Positions 47,719 to 56,288 of a stretch of DNA of 64,000 bases are shown piece after piece (the first letter of the stretch is position 1; the number at the start of each line of letters is the position of its first letter). The stretch comes from a virus (Duplodnaviria > Caudoviricetes): IMG/VR virus record IMGVR_UViG_3300033073_000489, positions 1-64,000 of that record; one strand, 5' to 3'. A model generated the notes under the pieces. The model did not search any database. It worked only from the letters and a program-made list of their open reading frames with translations, and was not told where the DNA came from. The translations under genes and the position numbers were made by a program.

Positions 47719-48516
47719 ATGTCAATCACAGCTAGCAAGATTAAATCATTATGGTATCCACGAGAGTGGTTCTTTATTCTAATGCAATTATTAGCCGCAG
47801 GATCGTTTGTGTGGGCATTACTTAATCCTGCAGGATTAGACTATTGGTTGCTGTCCCTATTGGGTTATTTTCTAATCACGTGTTTAGGCATTACTGTTAC
47901 ATTTCACAGACTGTTAACACATCGCTCTTATGTGCTAGCTAAACCGTTAGAAAGACTGTTTAGTTTCTTTGGCAACATTGGCTGCACCGGCAGTTCAGTT
48001 GGGTGGGTCTTTGTCCACAGGGCTCATCACAAACATGCAGATCAAGCAGGTGACCCGCACAGTCCAGTAACCTTAGGACCTGTTGGGGCTATAGTTGGTG
48101 ACTACGGCGGTCCATTTAATAAATGGTTAGTTAAGGATATCATCAACGATCCAGTTCAGCGCTTTATGCACGAATACTATATTGCAATGATCCTTGCTCT
48201 GTTAGCAGGATTGTTCATTGTTAATCCGTTAGTTGCAGTATACTTGTTTTTAATTCCAGTATTCTTTAATACGATTGCATCACGTTTTAGTAATTGGATT
48301 GATCACGATCCTAAGTTTGGAACTCGCCCTGTAGAAACTAAAGATGCTTCACACAACGTTTGGTGGTGGGCATATTTGACATTTGGCGAAGGTTGGCACA
48401 ACAACCATCACGCACGACCCGGCGATTATCAAATTGGTAAAAAATGGTATCAGTTCGATCCGGGCAGATATGTTATTGAGTTGTTGATGCTTTTAAAACT
48501 AGCACATCCTAGATAA
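47719..48516 (+). CDS. Delta9-type membrane fatty acid desaturase
   Basis: HRLLTH, HRAHH, GEGWHNNHH. Confidence 0.9.
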   Translation: MSITASKIKSLWYPREWFFILMQLLAAGSFVWALLNPAGLDYWLLSLLGYFLITCLGITVTFHRLLTHRSYVLAKPLERLFSFFGNIGCTGSSVGWVFVHRAHHKHADQAGDPHSPVTLGPVGAIVGDYGGPFNKWLVKDIINDPVQRFMHEYYIAMILALLAGLFIVNPLVAVYLFLIPVFFNTIASRFSNWIDHDPKFGTRPVETKDASHNVWWWAYLTFGEGWHNNHHARPGDYQIGKKWYQFDPGRYVIELLMLLKLAHPR

Positions 48517-48519
48517 CTA

Positions 48520-49068
48520 ATGCGGTATTTTAAAGAAATTGATATAGATTTTTATGACGAAATTGTTAAGAAATCTATAGAATATGTATTATCACAACCC
48601 TTTGTAACAGAAGAGAAGATAGACAATTTTTTTAAATTAGATTTAAAATCATATTTTAATTATTGTCCAGAAGCCCTTAAGGCGTTTAGTAAACTAGGCC
48701 TTACGCCTATGATGGTTGCAGTTTACTATACTGTTAAAGACGAAGAGAGTCCTATACATATAGACTATCCAACTCCCGATTGTAGAATAAACATTCCTTT
48801 AATAAACTGCGACAGTTCTGCTACAGTATTTTATGAAGCACCACTTACTACTAAAGAGCAACAAAACAATGGTTTGAATTTTTATTTGTGCGATGCCGAC
48901 GCTGCTGTTGAAGTTGCAAGAGTTACTATTAGAAAAGCAACAGTTATTCGTGTTAATAAACCTCACAAGGTTCATATGTTTAAAAAAGGTGCTCCGCGTA
49001 TGTGCCTAACTGTTCGATTTGTGCAAGATCCTAAGTTTTTATTAGAAGACGACGATGAGATATTATAA
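48520..49068 (+). CDS. HxD..H 2OG-Fe(II)-type oxygenase
   Basis: IHIDY, RINIPL, PHKV, PRMCLT. Confidence 0.65.
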   Translation: MRYFKEIDIDFYDEIVKKSIEYVLSQPFVTEEKIDNFFKLDLKSYFNYCPEALKAFSKLGLTPMMVAVYYTVKDEESPIHIDYPTPDCRINIPLINCDSSATVFYEAPLTTKEQQNNGLNFYLCDADAAVEVARVTIRKATVIRVNKPHKVHMFKKGAPRMCLTVRFVQDPKFLLEDDDEIL

Positions 49069-49618
49069 TAAAATTGATTTAGATAATATAGATATCATTA
49101 TCGAAAAGAGTCTAAACTATGTAAAACTTCAAACAGATGTTTATCTTAGAAAGAAAGATGCTTCATTCTATTGGCTTAATGCATCTGAGTTACTTGAAGC
49201 ATGTCCGGAAATTAATCAGAGCTTTTCTAAGTTTGGATTAACTTGCAATTATGCTGCGGTGTATATTACCTATAAGAAATCAGATGCAACAATACATGTT
49301 GACGATTACTATCACAAAGCGAGAATAAACATTCCCCTGTTAAATTGCAAAGGTAGCTTTACAAATTTTTATAGTAATGTTAAATTTGAGAAAGTGATTA
49401 ATGAATTTACAAAGTGCCCGTATCTTCGAGTTGTAAATGATGATTACAAGTTAGAGGATCGTGTTGAAATAGACCAAGCAACTGTCATTTTAACAAGCGA
49501 AGCACATATGGTAGACATGAACATTGCCGAATCTCCTAGGATTGCTCTTACACTAGGATTTGATAAAGATCCAGCGTTCCTTATTCCACAAGACACTACG
49601 GTTATTCGTAGTGAATAA
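49055..49618 (+). CDS. HxD..H 2OG-Fe(II)-type oxygenase (tandem paralogue)
   Basis: IHVDD, RINIPL, AHMV, PRIALT. Confidence 0.65.
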   Translation: MRYYNKIDLDNIDIIIEKSLNYVKLQTDVYLRKKDASFYWLNASELLEACPEINQSFSKFGLTCNYAAVYITYKKSDATIHVDDYYHKARINIPLLNCKGSFTNFYSNVKFEKVINEFTKCPYLRVVNDDYKLEDRVEIDQATVILTSEAHMVDMNIAESPRIALTLGFDKDPAFLIPQDTTVIRSE

Positions 49619-50210
49619 AGTCAGGGTATCTTGCCTGGCTTTCTTCGATTAACTTTTTATAATAGTCTGTTTTAAAAGAACCGTAATAAACAATAAGTTG
49701 TTTATGGTGCCCATACCAGAAGTCTGTGCCGTGTTGCGACTTGTTATCCCAATACAACCAAGTATTTGAATCAGGGGGCAATCGCTGATACTTTTGTTCT
49801 TCATTTACTTTGTAATAAAATGTAGGTTTGAAATTATTATCATAAAGCATTGAGCGAACACTAATTGCTGGAACTGTATGATCATTGTGCGGAATAACTG
49901 TAGCTAAACTAGACACTACTCGCATTGCTTTAATCTCAACTGGAAACGCATCTAGGTTATTAAACAAGGTTGGAAACAAATCTGGACAGTCAACATTTGG
50001 TGCAGAATATCCAGTTAGTGCTTCTGTATCGACACCGGGGGCTACATACACATCAAATCCGCGCCATTCTGCTCCAGTCTCATTATGATTTTTATTAACC
50101 TTTGGTATTCGTTTACCTTCAGTTAACCAAAGGCGCCACCAGCGCGGCCAATCTACTGGCTGTATCTTTGGCCATACTATCGGAGCTGAAATTATTTTTA
50201 AGTCGTCCAT
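49602..50210 (-). CDS. HxD..H oxygenase-like protein
   Basis: IPHND, QHGT; weaker similarity than the others. Confidence 0.5.
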   Translation of the reverse strand: MDDLKIISAPIVWPKIQPVDWPRWWRLWLTEGKRIPKVNKNHNETGAEWRGFDVYVAPGVDTEALTGYSAPNVDCPDLFPTLFNNLDAFPVEIKAMRVVSSLATVIPHNDHTVPAISVRSMLYDNNFKPTFYYKVNEEQKYQRLPPDSNTWLYWDNKSQHGTDFWYGHHKQLIVYYGSFKTDYYKKLIEESQARYPDFIHYE

Positions 50211-50215
50211 GTGGT

Positions 50216-50243
50216 TATAAATAGTTGTATATAATTATTTATG
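50216..50243. promoter_or_regulatory. Back-to-back late-type promoters
   Basis: TATAAATA (+) at 50216-50223 and CATAAATA (-) at 50236-50243 between divergent genes. Confidence 0.55.
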
Positions 50244-50831
50244 ACCATGAAAGAACTCTATAAAAATATTGTAATTCCAAATTTTGAATCAATTCAACAA
50301 GAGCTACTTGCCTGTATTGATCACGATTACAAAGCAGATACAAAACCTCATGCGTTTACTTATAGTGAACAATACATGTCAGAAAAGTGTCCGCAGTTTA
50401 TGAGCTGGCTACGTCCAAGGTGCAAACTGCCAATCAGACTCTTAAGATTTTATATAACGCCACCACATCAAAAGCTAGGCGCACATATAGACGGTGGCGG
50501 CAGAAGCCCTGTAGTTCCGTTAGGATTAAACATACCAGTTGCAGGTTCAACAAATACGTTTATGACATGGTATGAGTGTAAGCCTGAAAATTTACGCACA
50601 GACAACCCAGATGGATACTTAGGCGGAGTTCATCCTAAAGATTATACGCAACTAGTTCCGATTGAATCTATTGAAATCACTAAACCGTGCTTTACTAATA
50701 ATTCAATCATGCACGGTGTTGAAAACAAGAGTGACGAATACCGAGTTATGTTTACCGTTCGATGGGTGCTAGATCATTTTATTGGAAGAACTATTGAGGA
50801 CTGTATTAAAACCGAAGGGCTATTTGAATGA
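50241..50831 (+). CDS. HxD..H 2OG-Fe(II)-type oxygenase
   Basis: AHIDG, LNIPV, MHGV, YRVMFTVRW. Confidence 0.65.
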   Translation: MTMKELYKNIVIPNFESIQQELLACIDHDYKADTKPHAFTYSEQYMSEKCPQFMSWLRPRCKLPIRLLRFYITPPHQKLGAHIDGGGRSPVVPLGLNIPVAGSTNTFMTWYECKPENLRTDNPDGYLGGVHPKDYTQLVPIESIEITKPCFTNNSIMHGVENKSDEYRVMFTVRWVLDHFIGRTIEDCIKTEGLFE

Positions 50832-51589
50832 GATATCTAGCAGCTAGTGCCAACACTATTACAAATGTTCAATTATTTACAGGCGTTGCTTCTGTTATAG
50901 GATTGTTCTTTGCCGACTTTACACTAACAAATATATTAATTACTATTGCGTTCTTTTATATCTATAGTATTTTAGGTATCAGTATTACGCTACACAGGTA
51001 TTATACTCACAAGGCGTTTGAATTTAAACATCCTGCTCTTAAATGGTTGTTTACTTTGTTTGCTTTGTTAGCAGGCCGTGCAAGTATACTAGGTTGGGTA
51101 TATGTCCACAGACTGCACCATGCTAACACAGATAACGACAAAGATCCGCACTCGCCCCTAACTATTGGATATAAACTATTTGGGTTTAAACACATAGAAG
51201 AAAAGTCAGAGAAGATGAAAATTTTCCTAGTCAAAGATTTAATGACCAAGGAGCACATCTGGATCAATAACTATTACCTAACAGTTATTATAAGTTGGAT
51301 TATACTAATGGGACTAATCAATCCTAGTCTAATTTACTTTACTTGGATCTTACCAGCATTTATCGTTCAGCTTAGTCAAAATAATTTTAACTACTTTGCA
51401 CACAAGAACGGGTATAGGAACTTTGAAACTAAAGACATGAGCACAAATAATGCTTGGTTGTTTCCGTTTATTCTAGGCGATGCTTGGCATAACAATCATC
51501 ACGGTAGACCTGCTGTTTCAACTACAAAAGTAAAATGGTGGGAAATTGATCCAGCTGAATGGATTATTACTTTGGTAAAGAAGGCTTAG
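50828..51589 (+). CDS. Delta9-type membrane fatty acid desaturase
   Basis: HRYYTH, HRLHH, GDAWHNNHH. Confidence 0.9.
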   Translation: MRYLAASANTITNVQLFTGVASVIGLFFADFTLTNILITIAFFYIYSILGISITLHRYYTHKAFEFKHPALKWLFTLFALLAGRASILGWVYVHRLHHANTDNDKDPHSPLTIGYKLFGFKHIEEKSEKMKIFLVKDLMTKEHIWINNYYLTVIISWIILMGLINPSLIYFTWILPAFIVQLSQNNFNYFAHKNGYRNFETKDMSTNNAWLFPFILGDAWHNNHHGRPAVSTTKVKWWEIDPAEWIITLVKKA

Positions 51590-52214
51590 CCTGTAGTTCT
51601 TCTACGGAATATGGGCTAGCGCCTTGCTCTAAAGGACTAACATTATCGTAATCTTTTCTGAACTCGGGGCGCAAACTCCGGTGTTTGACAGTCATGTCAG
51701 TGGGCTTAACTTGTTCACCTAACAGCCTGTAAACAAATCTAGGCTCTGGGATAGTATTTGCTGGAACACGAGCATATGTTTCTAAGTCATATCTTCCGGT
51801 ATCTACCCAGGGATTCTTCATCCATTGACGCTGATAAACATGTTCTAGTCGCGATGCTAGTGTGTAAAAGTAGTCCCAATATTTTCTATGTTCTGCAATT
51901 TCAAAACAGCCTTTCATTAAGTATCCCATCTCGGGCTTATCAAATGATAGGATATTACTAAATCGATTAGACCATAACGATGTAATAGTCCAGATGTTCA
52001 TGTCGTCTTGTTTTCCAAAACGTAGAGTTGCCCAGCTAATCATCTTATCTTCTTCGTAATACCCAAGGGCCAATGCAATCGGGCTAGTTGTAAAATAATA
52101 GTAGTAGCGTTTGTCTAACTGATCAGATGGTGCTGTTCCGCCGTGACGTGACTTTAACGAAGTCATTTTTATTGCTTCGTCAAAATCCATTATGTTTAAT
52201 ACTTTTAATCTCAT
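51567..52214 (-). CDS. GNAT-fold-like hypothetical protein
   Basis: Paralogous to 42438..42974; ATG 52214. Confidence 0.5.
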   Translation of the reverse strand: MRLKVLNIMDFDEAIKMTSLKSRHGGTAPSDQLDKRYYYYFTTSPIALALGYYEEDKMISWATLRFGKQDDMNIWTITSLWSNRFSNILSFDKPEMGYLMKGCFEIAEHRKYWDYFYTLASRLEHVYQRQWMKNPWVDTGRYDLETYARVPANTIPEPRFVYRLLGEQVKPTDMTVKHRSLRPEFRKDYDNVSPLEQGASPYSVEELQAKPSLPK

Positions 52215-52241
52215 GCCTGCAATCTCATAATAAGTATATGT

Positions 52242-52850
52242 ATGTATATGATCCACGAATATAAACAGTTTGATCAAGAGCGATTTTTTCATTTTTTAAA
52301 AAAAGAACATCTTGATATTAAACACCCTGCACACATTAACATGTGGCATGATGATTGGAAAACTCACAATAATACGCTTCCTTATCTCTTAGAACAGACT
52401 AACAGATTCGTAGAGCCCAAAGGTAATTTTTATATTCTTACAGATAATGATACTATTGTAGGTTGTAGCGGAGTCTATATCAGTGACTTCAGTGATAAAG
52501 TGGCGATGGCCGGAACTCGATCGTGGATTACTAAAGAATATCGAAATAGGGGATTGCTAAAAGATTATCTCTTACCTGAACACAAAGATTGGGCTATTGC
52601 AAATAAATGTGAACAAGTTGCACTATGCTTTAATGATTATAACAAGAATTTAATTGAAGTGTTTAATAGAACTCGGCTAGCGGAACCCGTTAATAGAATA
52701 ACATCAAGGTCTGATCGTAACTTATTTTATTCAGGTCTTCATCGAGTTCCATTTCGTGTAAACATACAATACACACCTCAGTGGGTCATCTACGAAACTA
52801 TTGCACCCGGTGAAAGTTTTAGCTGGGAAACGATTCGTAATCTAGACTAA
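52242..52850 (+). CDS. GNAT family N-acyltransferase
   Basis: IVGCSGVY, RSWITKEYRNRGL (motif A). Confidence 0.75.
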   Translation: MYMIHEYKQFDQERFFHFLKKEHLDIKHPAHINMWHDDWKTHNNTLPYLLEQTNRFVEPKGNFYILTDNDTIVGCSGVYISDFSDKVAMAGTRSWITKEYRNRGLLKDYLLPEHKDWAIANKCEQVALCFNDYNKNLIEVFNRTRLAEPVNRITSRSDRNLFYSGLHRVPFRVNIQYTPQWVIYETIAPGESFSWETIRNLD

Positions 52851-52857
52851 GCAGTCA

Positions 52858-52886
52858 AAAAAATAGGACCCGGAGGTCCTATTATT
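52858..52886. terminator. Terminator at the right boundary of the enzyme cluster
   Basis: ATAGGACC-CGGA-GGTCCTAT with a flanking A-tract. Confidence 0.75.
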
Positions 52887-53346
52887 CTGCATACCAAATT
52901 TCTGTAAAACCTTCGTCTTCGGTTGGCATTTCAAACCCAGCAATCATACTAGCAATAACGTGCTCTGGAATTTCTTTCCCAGGACGACTCCACAGTCTAC
53001 GAATCAACTCCTTATGCTCTGGTGTCTTGAACACGACGGCAATATGCTCGTAGTTTGGCAGAGTGTTAAACTTACGCTTACGGCTAGCAATAGTTGTTGA
53101 AGTTTGATCCCAGATTACATCTAAGTTGTTTGCTTGACAGACCAACGCTTGGTTTGCCATTAACCGAACAGCGATTGGCATGTATTCAGTAAACACTTCA
53201 GAGTAAGTCTTACCTTGCTCCTTAGCGTATGCTTCTACAAAGTTGTCAGTAGACACTACAGGAATATCCTTAGCCCAGTCTTGGTTGTTAATCCAAGTAG
53301 ACTTTCCAGATCCTGGAACACCGACTAATTGATAACACTTTGGCAT
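52882..53346 (-). CDS. AAA_33/polynucleotide-kinase-like P-loop protein
   Basis: GVPGSGKST, DQTST..RK, L..RL..RP, IPEHVI..M. Confidence 0.85.
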   Translation of the reverse strand: MPKCYQLVGVPGSGKSTWINNQDWAKDIPVVSTDNFVEAYAKEQGKTYSEVFTEYMPIAVRLMANQALVCQANNLDVIWDQTSTTIASRKRKFNTLPNYEHIAVVFKTPEHKELIRRLWSRPGKEIPEHVIASMIAGFEMPTEDEGFTEIWYAE

Positions 53347-53519
53347 TTTTGTAACCTTTCTATTTCATCAGCTGCCTCTTCCAGCAGGTCTGCTATACGA
53401 TCTCTTGCACCTTCTTCAACACTCTTACGGCCAGGTATCTGTCGTCTAATCTCCGCCCGTTTGCGCAAACGGAAGACTAGACTTTGTTCAGATACTGGCA
53501 AGTGACTTTCATCTTTCAT
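53325..53519 (-). CDS. Small hypothetical protein
   Basis: LVFRLRKRAEIRRQIP.RKSV..DRIADLLEEAADEIERL; ATG 53519. Confidence 0.7.
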   Translation of the reverse strand: MKDESHLPVSEQSLVFRLRKRAEIRRQIPGRKSVEEGARDRIADLLEEAADEIERLQKCQSVIN

Positions 53520-54415
53520 GCTAATTGTTCCCTTACCCATGCTAGACGAGCTTGCTCGTCCATTGCTGTGTATTCTACTATGTTAGCACGGATTGCGTCA
53601 ACCAGTGGATAGTATTCTTCATCTAGATTGTGCTTAATGTCCTTGTTCAAGTCTACTAACTTATCTGTGCGTGGATTGCGAGCAACCCACTTTGAAGTTA
53701 GGTAGTATGGTGACTTGATCTTAGCACTCACACCTTCGTCAGTATAGAATACATAACCTTCATGCTTACATTCCTTAGCCAACTGTTCCAAACGTGCCAT
53801 GTTAGTTGTAACACTTTCTGCCCAGAAACAGTTTAGGCTACGAGCAAAGTCCATTAGGATGTATGGGTCATGTAAGATCTTAGAGCCGAACACGTTTTCG
53901 CGCCAGCCTAACAAATACATACCCGACTTTTCTGGAATGATATGTGGATCACTTGGATGCACACATTCAAACATAAAAGTCACTCCCTTGCACTCTGCGT
54001 TGCCTAGTGCCATTTGCCAGTCAGCCCAGCACATATGAGTTAGCATCATTTCTTTTGCCATTGCTACATATGGGCTGTCTGTGCTACCAGTAGTAGACAC
54101 TAGGATGTCTCCGTTGTGCCAAGTCATAGCAACCATGAACCCGTTTATCTTACGGAACGCTGTAACCTTAGTATCGCCGGATAGCTTTGGAGCTTCCTTT
54201 TCAATACCGTAGTTATAGATCTTTGTGAATGGATATGTAACTAGGTTAAAATCCTTGTCCACAATAGACCCACGACATTCTGCAATGTAGTCGTTCCACA
54301 AGTTGTCGTAGAATACCTTCTTCTTATACTTTAATACAAAGAGCCCGTCACTACATTCCTTCATGTTAACCAATCCAGAAGTAGCAACGTAGTTCTTTAA
54401 CTCATCCTTAAACAT
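53516..54415 (-). CDS. RNA ligase, T4 Rnl1-like
   Basis: Motif I RKING, FE, EGYV, KIKSPYY; PFTKIYNYG. Confidence 0.8.
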   Translation of the reverse strand: MFKDELKNYVATSGLVNMKECSDGLFVLKYKKKVFYDNLWNDYIAECRGSIVDKDFNLVTYPFTKIYNYGIEKEAPKLSGDTKVTAFRKINGFMVAMTWHNGDILVSTTGSTDSPYVAMAKEMMLTHMCWADWQMALGNAECKGVTFMFECVHPSDPHIIPEKSGMYLLGWRENVFGSKILHDPYILMDFARSLNCFWAESVTTNMARLEQLAKECKHEGYVFYTDEGVSAKIKSPYYLTSKWVARNPRTDKLVDLNKDIKHNLDEEYYPLVDAIRANIVEYTAMDEQARLAWVREQLA

Positions 54416-54956
54416 GATGACCCTTAATTTCTTTGTCCTTGATCATACGTATAGCACGATCCAAGCCAATTACAATTTCTCCAGTTGAGTCCATACCCAC
54501 ATCTAATGCGCGATACTTTTCCAACCCGCTTACACCACCGTGCAAGTGTCCATGAAAATGCAAAGCTCCTCTGTGCATTTGATCCCACTCAGCGATTGGA
54601 TAGTGGAACATAACAATCTTGTGACCGTCATACGTCATATCCAAATACTTGTGAACTTCCTTAAATGCATTACGGAAAGTTACATCCATCAATGTCTTGC
54701 GATCGTGGTTACCTTCAATCAAAATCTTTGTGCCGTTCAAACGATTAATCATTCTACCAGCATCGCTACCTGACATGAACGCTACATCACCTAAGATGTA
54801 AACTGTGTCTTCGGGTTGAACCTTGTGGTTCCATTCCTCAACCATAGCATTATTCATGTAGGTAACATCGTCATTAAAACGTGCTCGCGTCTGTGGGCAG
54901 AACTTCATAATGTTCTTATGCCCAAAGTGCAAGTCACTTGTAATCCATGTTTTCAT
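54408..54956 (-). CDS. Calcineurin-like phosphoesterase
   Basis: SDLHFGH, LGD, GNHD, FHYP, HGHLH, DVGMD. Confidence 0.9.
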   Translation of the reverse strand: MKTWITSDLHFGHKNIMKFCPQTRARFNDDVTYMNNAMVEEWNHKVQPEDTVYILGDVAFMSGSDAGRMINRLNGTKILIEGNHDRKTLMDVTFRNAFKEVHKYLDMTYDGHKIVMFHYPIAEWDQMHRGALHFHGHLHGGVSGLEKYRALDVGMDSTGEIVIGLDRAIRMIKDKEIKGHHV

Positions 54957-55154
54957 TTATTCACCTACAAATTCTTTTACCCATTCAAAATGAGTTTCGC
55001 TGGCCTTAACCCACTTAAACTGCTCTCGACGTCTGTTGATCTTGTCGAAGTCAAAGCAAATAAAGATCCAGCCCTTTTCTTCTGAGAACTGCACAGATTC
55101 AGCAACCCGAACAATCTGCACAATCCTGTCCTTAAACTTTGCTACGATCATCAT
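54957..55154 (-). CDS. Small hypothetical protein
   Basis: 65-aa ORF in operon. Confidence 0.6.
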   Translation of the reverse strand: MMIVAKFKDRIVQIVRVAESVQFSEEKGWIFICFDFDKINRRREQFKWVKASETHFEWVKEFVGE

Positions 55155-55163
55155 ACTGGCTCC

Positions 55164-55445
55164 TTACATGGACCAGTAAGTCTCCGAAGCTGGATTGCAA
55201 CACCAAGGAGTGTCGCGATCAATTTGGACATCTTTACCGGTCATCAAATTCTTAACTGTTTTCATTGTTGGGAAATATTCAAAACGATAGCCCAACTTTG
55301 CAGGATACAAACTAAACAATTCGGCGCATTCACGCTTCATGCTCGCTTCATCGCGGGCTTGCCAAACTGTAGTAGAAACAAGACGCTCACCTCGCTTAGT
55401 GCGCTTGTCCAATTTGTAGATATACAATGTCCAATCTTGTTTCAT
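55164..55445 (-). CDS. Hypothetical protein
   Basis: KNLMTGKDVQI..DTPWCCNPASETYWSM C-terminus; own RBS and promoter. Confidence 0.75.
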   Translation of the reverse strand: MKQDWTLYIYKLDKRTKRGERLVSTTVWQARDEASMKRECAELFSLYPAKLGYRFEYFPTMKTVKNLMTGKDVQIDRDTPWCCNPASETYWSM

Positions 55446-55476
55446 TTCGCTCTCCTATGTGTTTCAGTATATGTAT

Positions 55477-55505
55477 ATTATATGCTCAAACGGCTAAGGC
55501 GTCAA
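55477..55505 (-). promoter_or_regulatory. sigma70-type promoter
   Basis: TTGACG-N17-TATAAT. Confidence 0.8.
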
Positions 55506-55534
55506 CCAGAGAGTTGTTGTATTAATACAACACT

Positions 55535-55726
55535 TTACCAATCTTCGACACCGCTAATCTCAATGTTAAACGAGCCCTGTAGCCCGCCAGCATCAAGTGG
55601 AAATGTCATCGTAGTGACGCTTCCAATTCCACTGCTAGAATCTTGGTCTAGTTCAAAAATTTCTACTTCTGGAAACTTATCCAAAACTTCTTGAATTTTG
55701 TCGATGTCTTTTCTAGTTAAGTGCAT
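55535..55726 (-). CDS. Small hypothetical protein
   Basis: 63-aa ORF. Confidence 0.65.
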   Translation of the reverse strand: MHLTRKDIDKIQEVLDKFPEVEIFELDQDSSSGIGSVTTMTFPLDAGGLQGSFNIEISGVEDW

Positions 55727-56193
55727 CAGTCTATACTCCTAAATGTGCGCCAATCATCAAGATTGGGCTTTTCGTTTTCGTCGTATGTCCAGCCCAATGC
55801 CTTCATCATACGATGCTTGACTAACAAGTTAGGGCTACGGAAACGACCAGTATCCTGGAAGCCCATCATGACACCAACTTCACAAACTGCACCCGAACGG
55901 CAGATACCTGCAAAGCAATGAACAACAACGTTCATGTGGTTGTCCTTTGCGTGTTGCAACAGGCGAACTAGCTCGTCGGCTTGTTCTTGACTGCAACGCA
56001 TTTCTTCGTCGTCTACGTGATCATTCTTTTCTACATCCAAGAATTCAAAGTTATGAATTTCCTTGAACTTGTGCGCAGGAGTAGGACGCCAGCTTGCAGG
56101 ATCAGTAATACTGATCAGCATACTGTTCTCCCCTGCTTCGTGATGGAACCGCTTTGGAATGTCATCAGCGGCGACATTTTCAATCCATGGCAT
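55726..56193 (-). CDS. Cys-dependent (PTP/DSP-like) phosphatase
   Basis: VVHCFAGICRSGA = HCxxGxxRS. Confidence 0.85.
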   Translation of the reverse strand: MPWIENVAADDIPKRFHHEAGENSMLISITDPASWRPTPAHKFKEIHNFEFLDVEKNDHVDDEEMRCSQEQADELVRLLQHAKDNHMNVVVHCFAGICRSGAVCEVGVMMGFQDTGRFRSPNLLVKHRMMKALGWTYDENEKPNLDDWRTFRSID

Positions 56194-56214
56194 TTACTGC
56201 TCCTTTAAAGTTAA

Positions 56215-56243
56215 ATTATACTAGATGTTTTGGACTACGTCAA
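56215..56243 (-). promoter_or_regulatory. sigma70-type promoter
   Basis: TTGACG-N17-TATAAT. Confidence 0.8.
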
Positions 56244-56245
56244 CC

Positions 56246-56273
56246 TAAAAAAATAGCACCCGAAGGTGCTATT
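56246..56273 (-). terminator. cUUCGg terminator after the DUF2828 gene
   Basis: AATAGCACC-TTCG-GGTGCTATT plus T-tract. Confidence 0.85.
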
Positions 56274-56288
56274 AAAAAGTAATACTTT

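Noticed and set aside
34249-52850. Canonical lasso-peptide cluster
   Set aside because: The ATPases resemble lasso cyclases, but no transglutaminase-like B2 peptidase, RRE/PqqD protein or precursor with a clear Thr(-2)/Gly1/Asp-Glu(7-9) pattern was recognisable.
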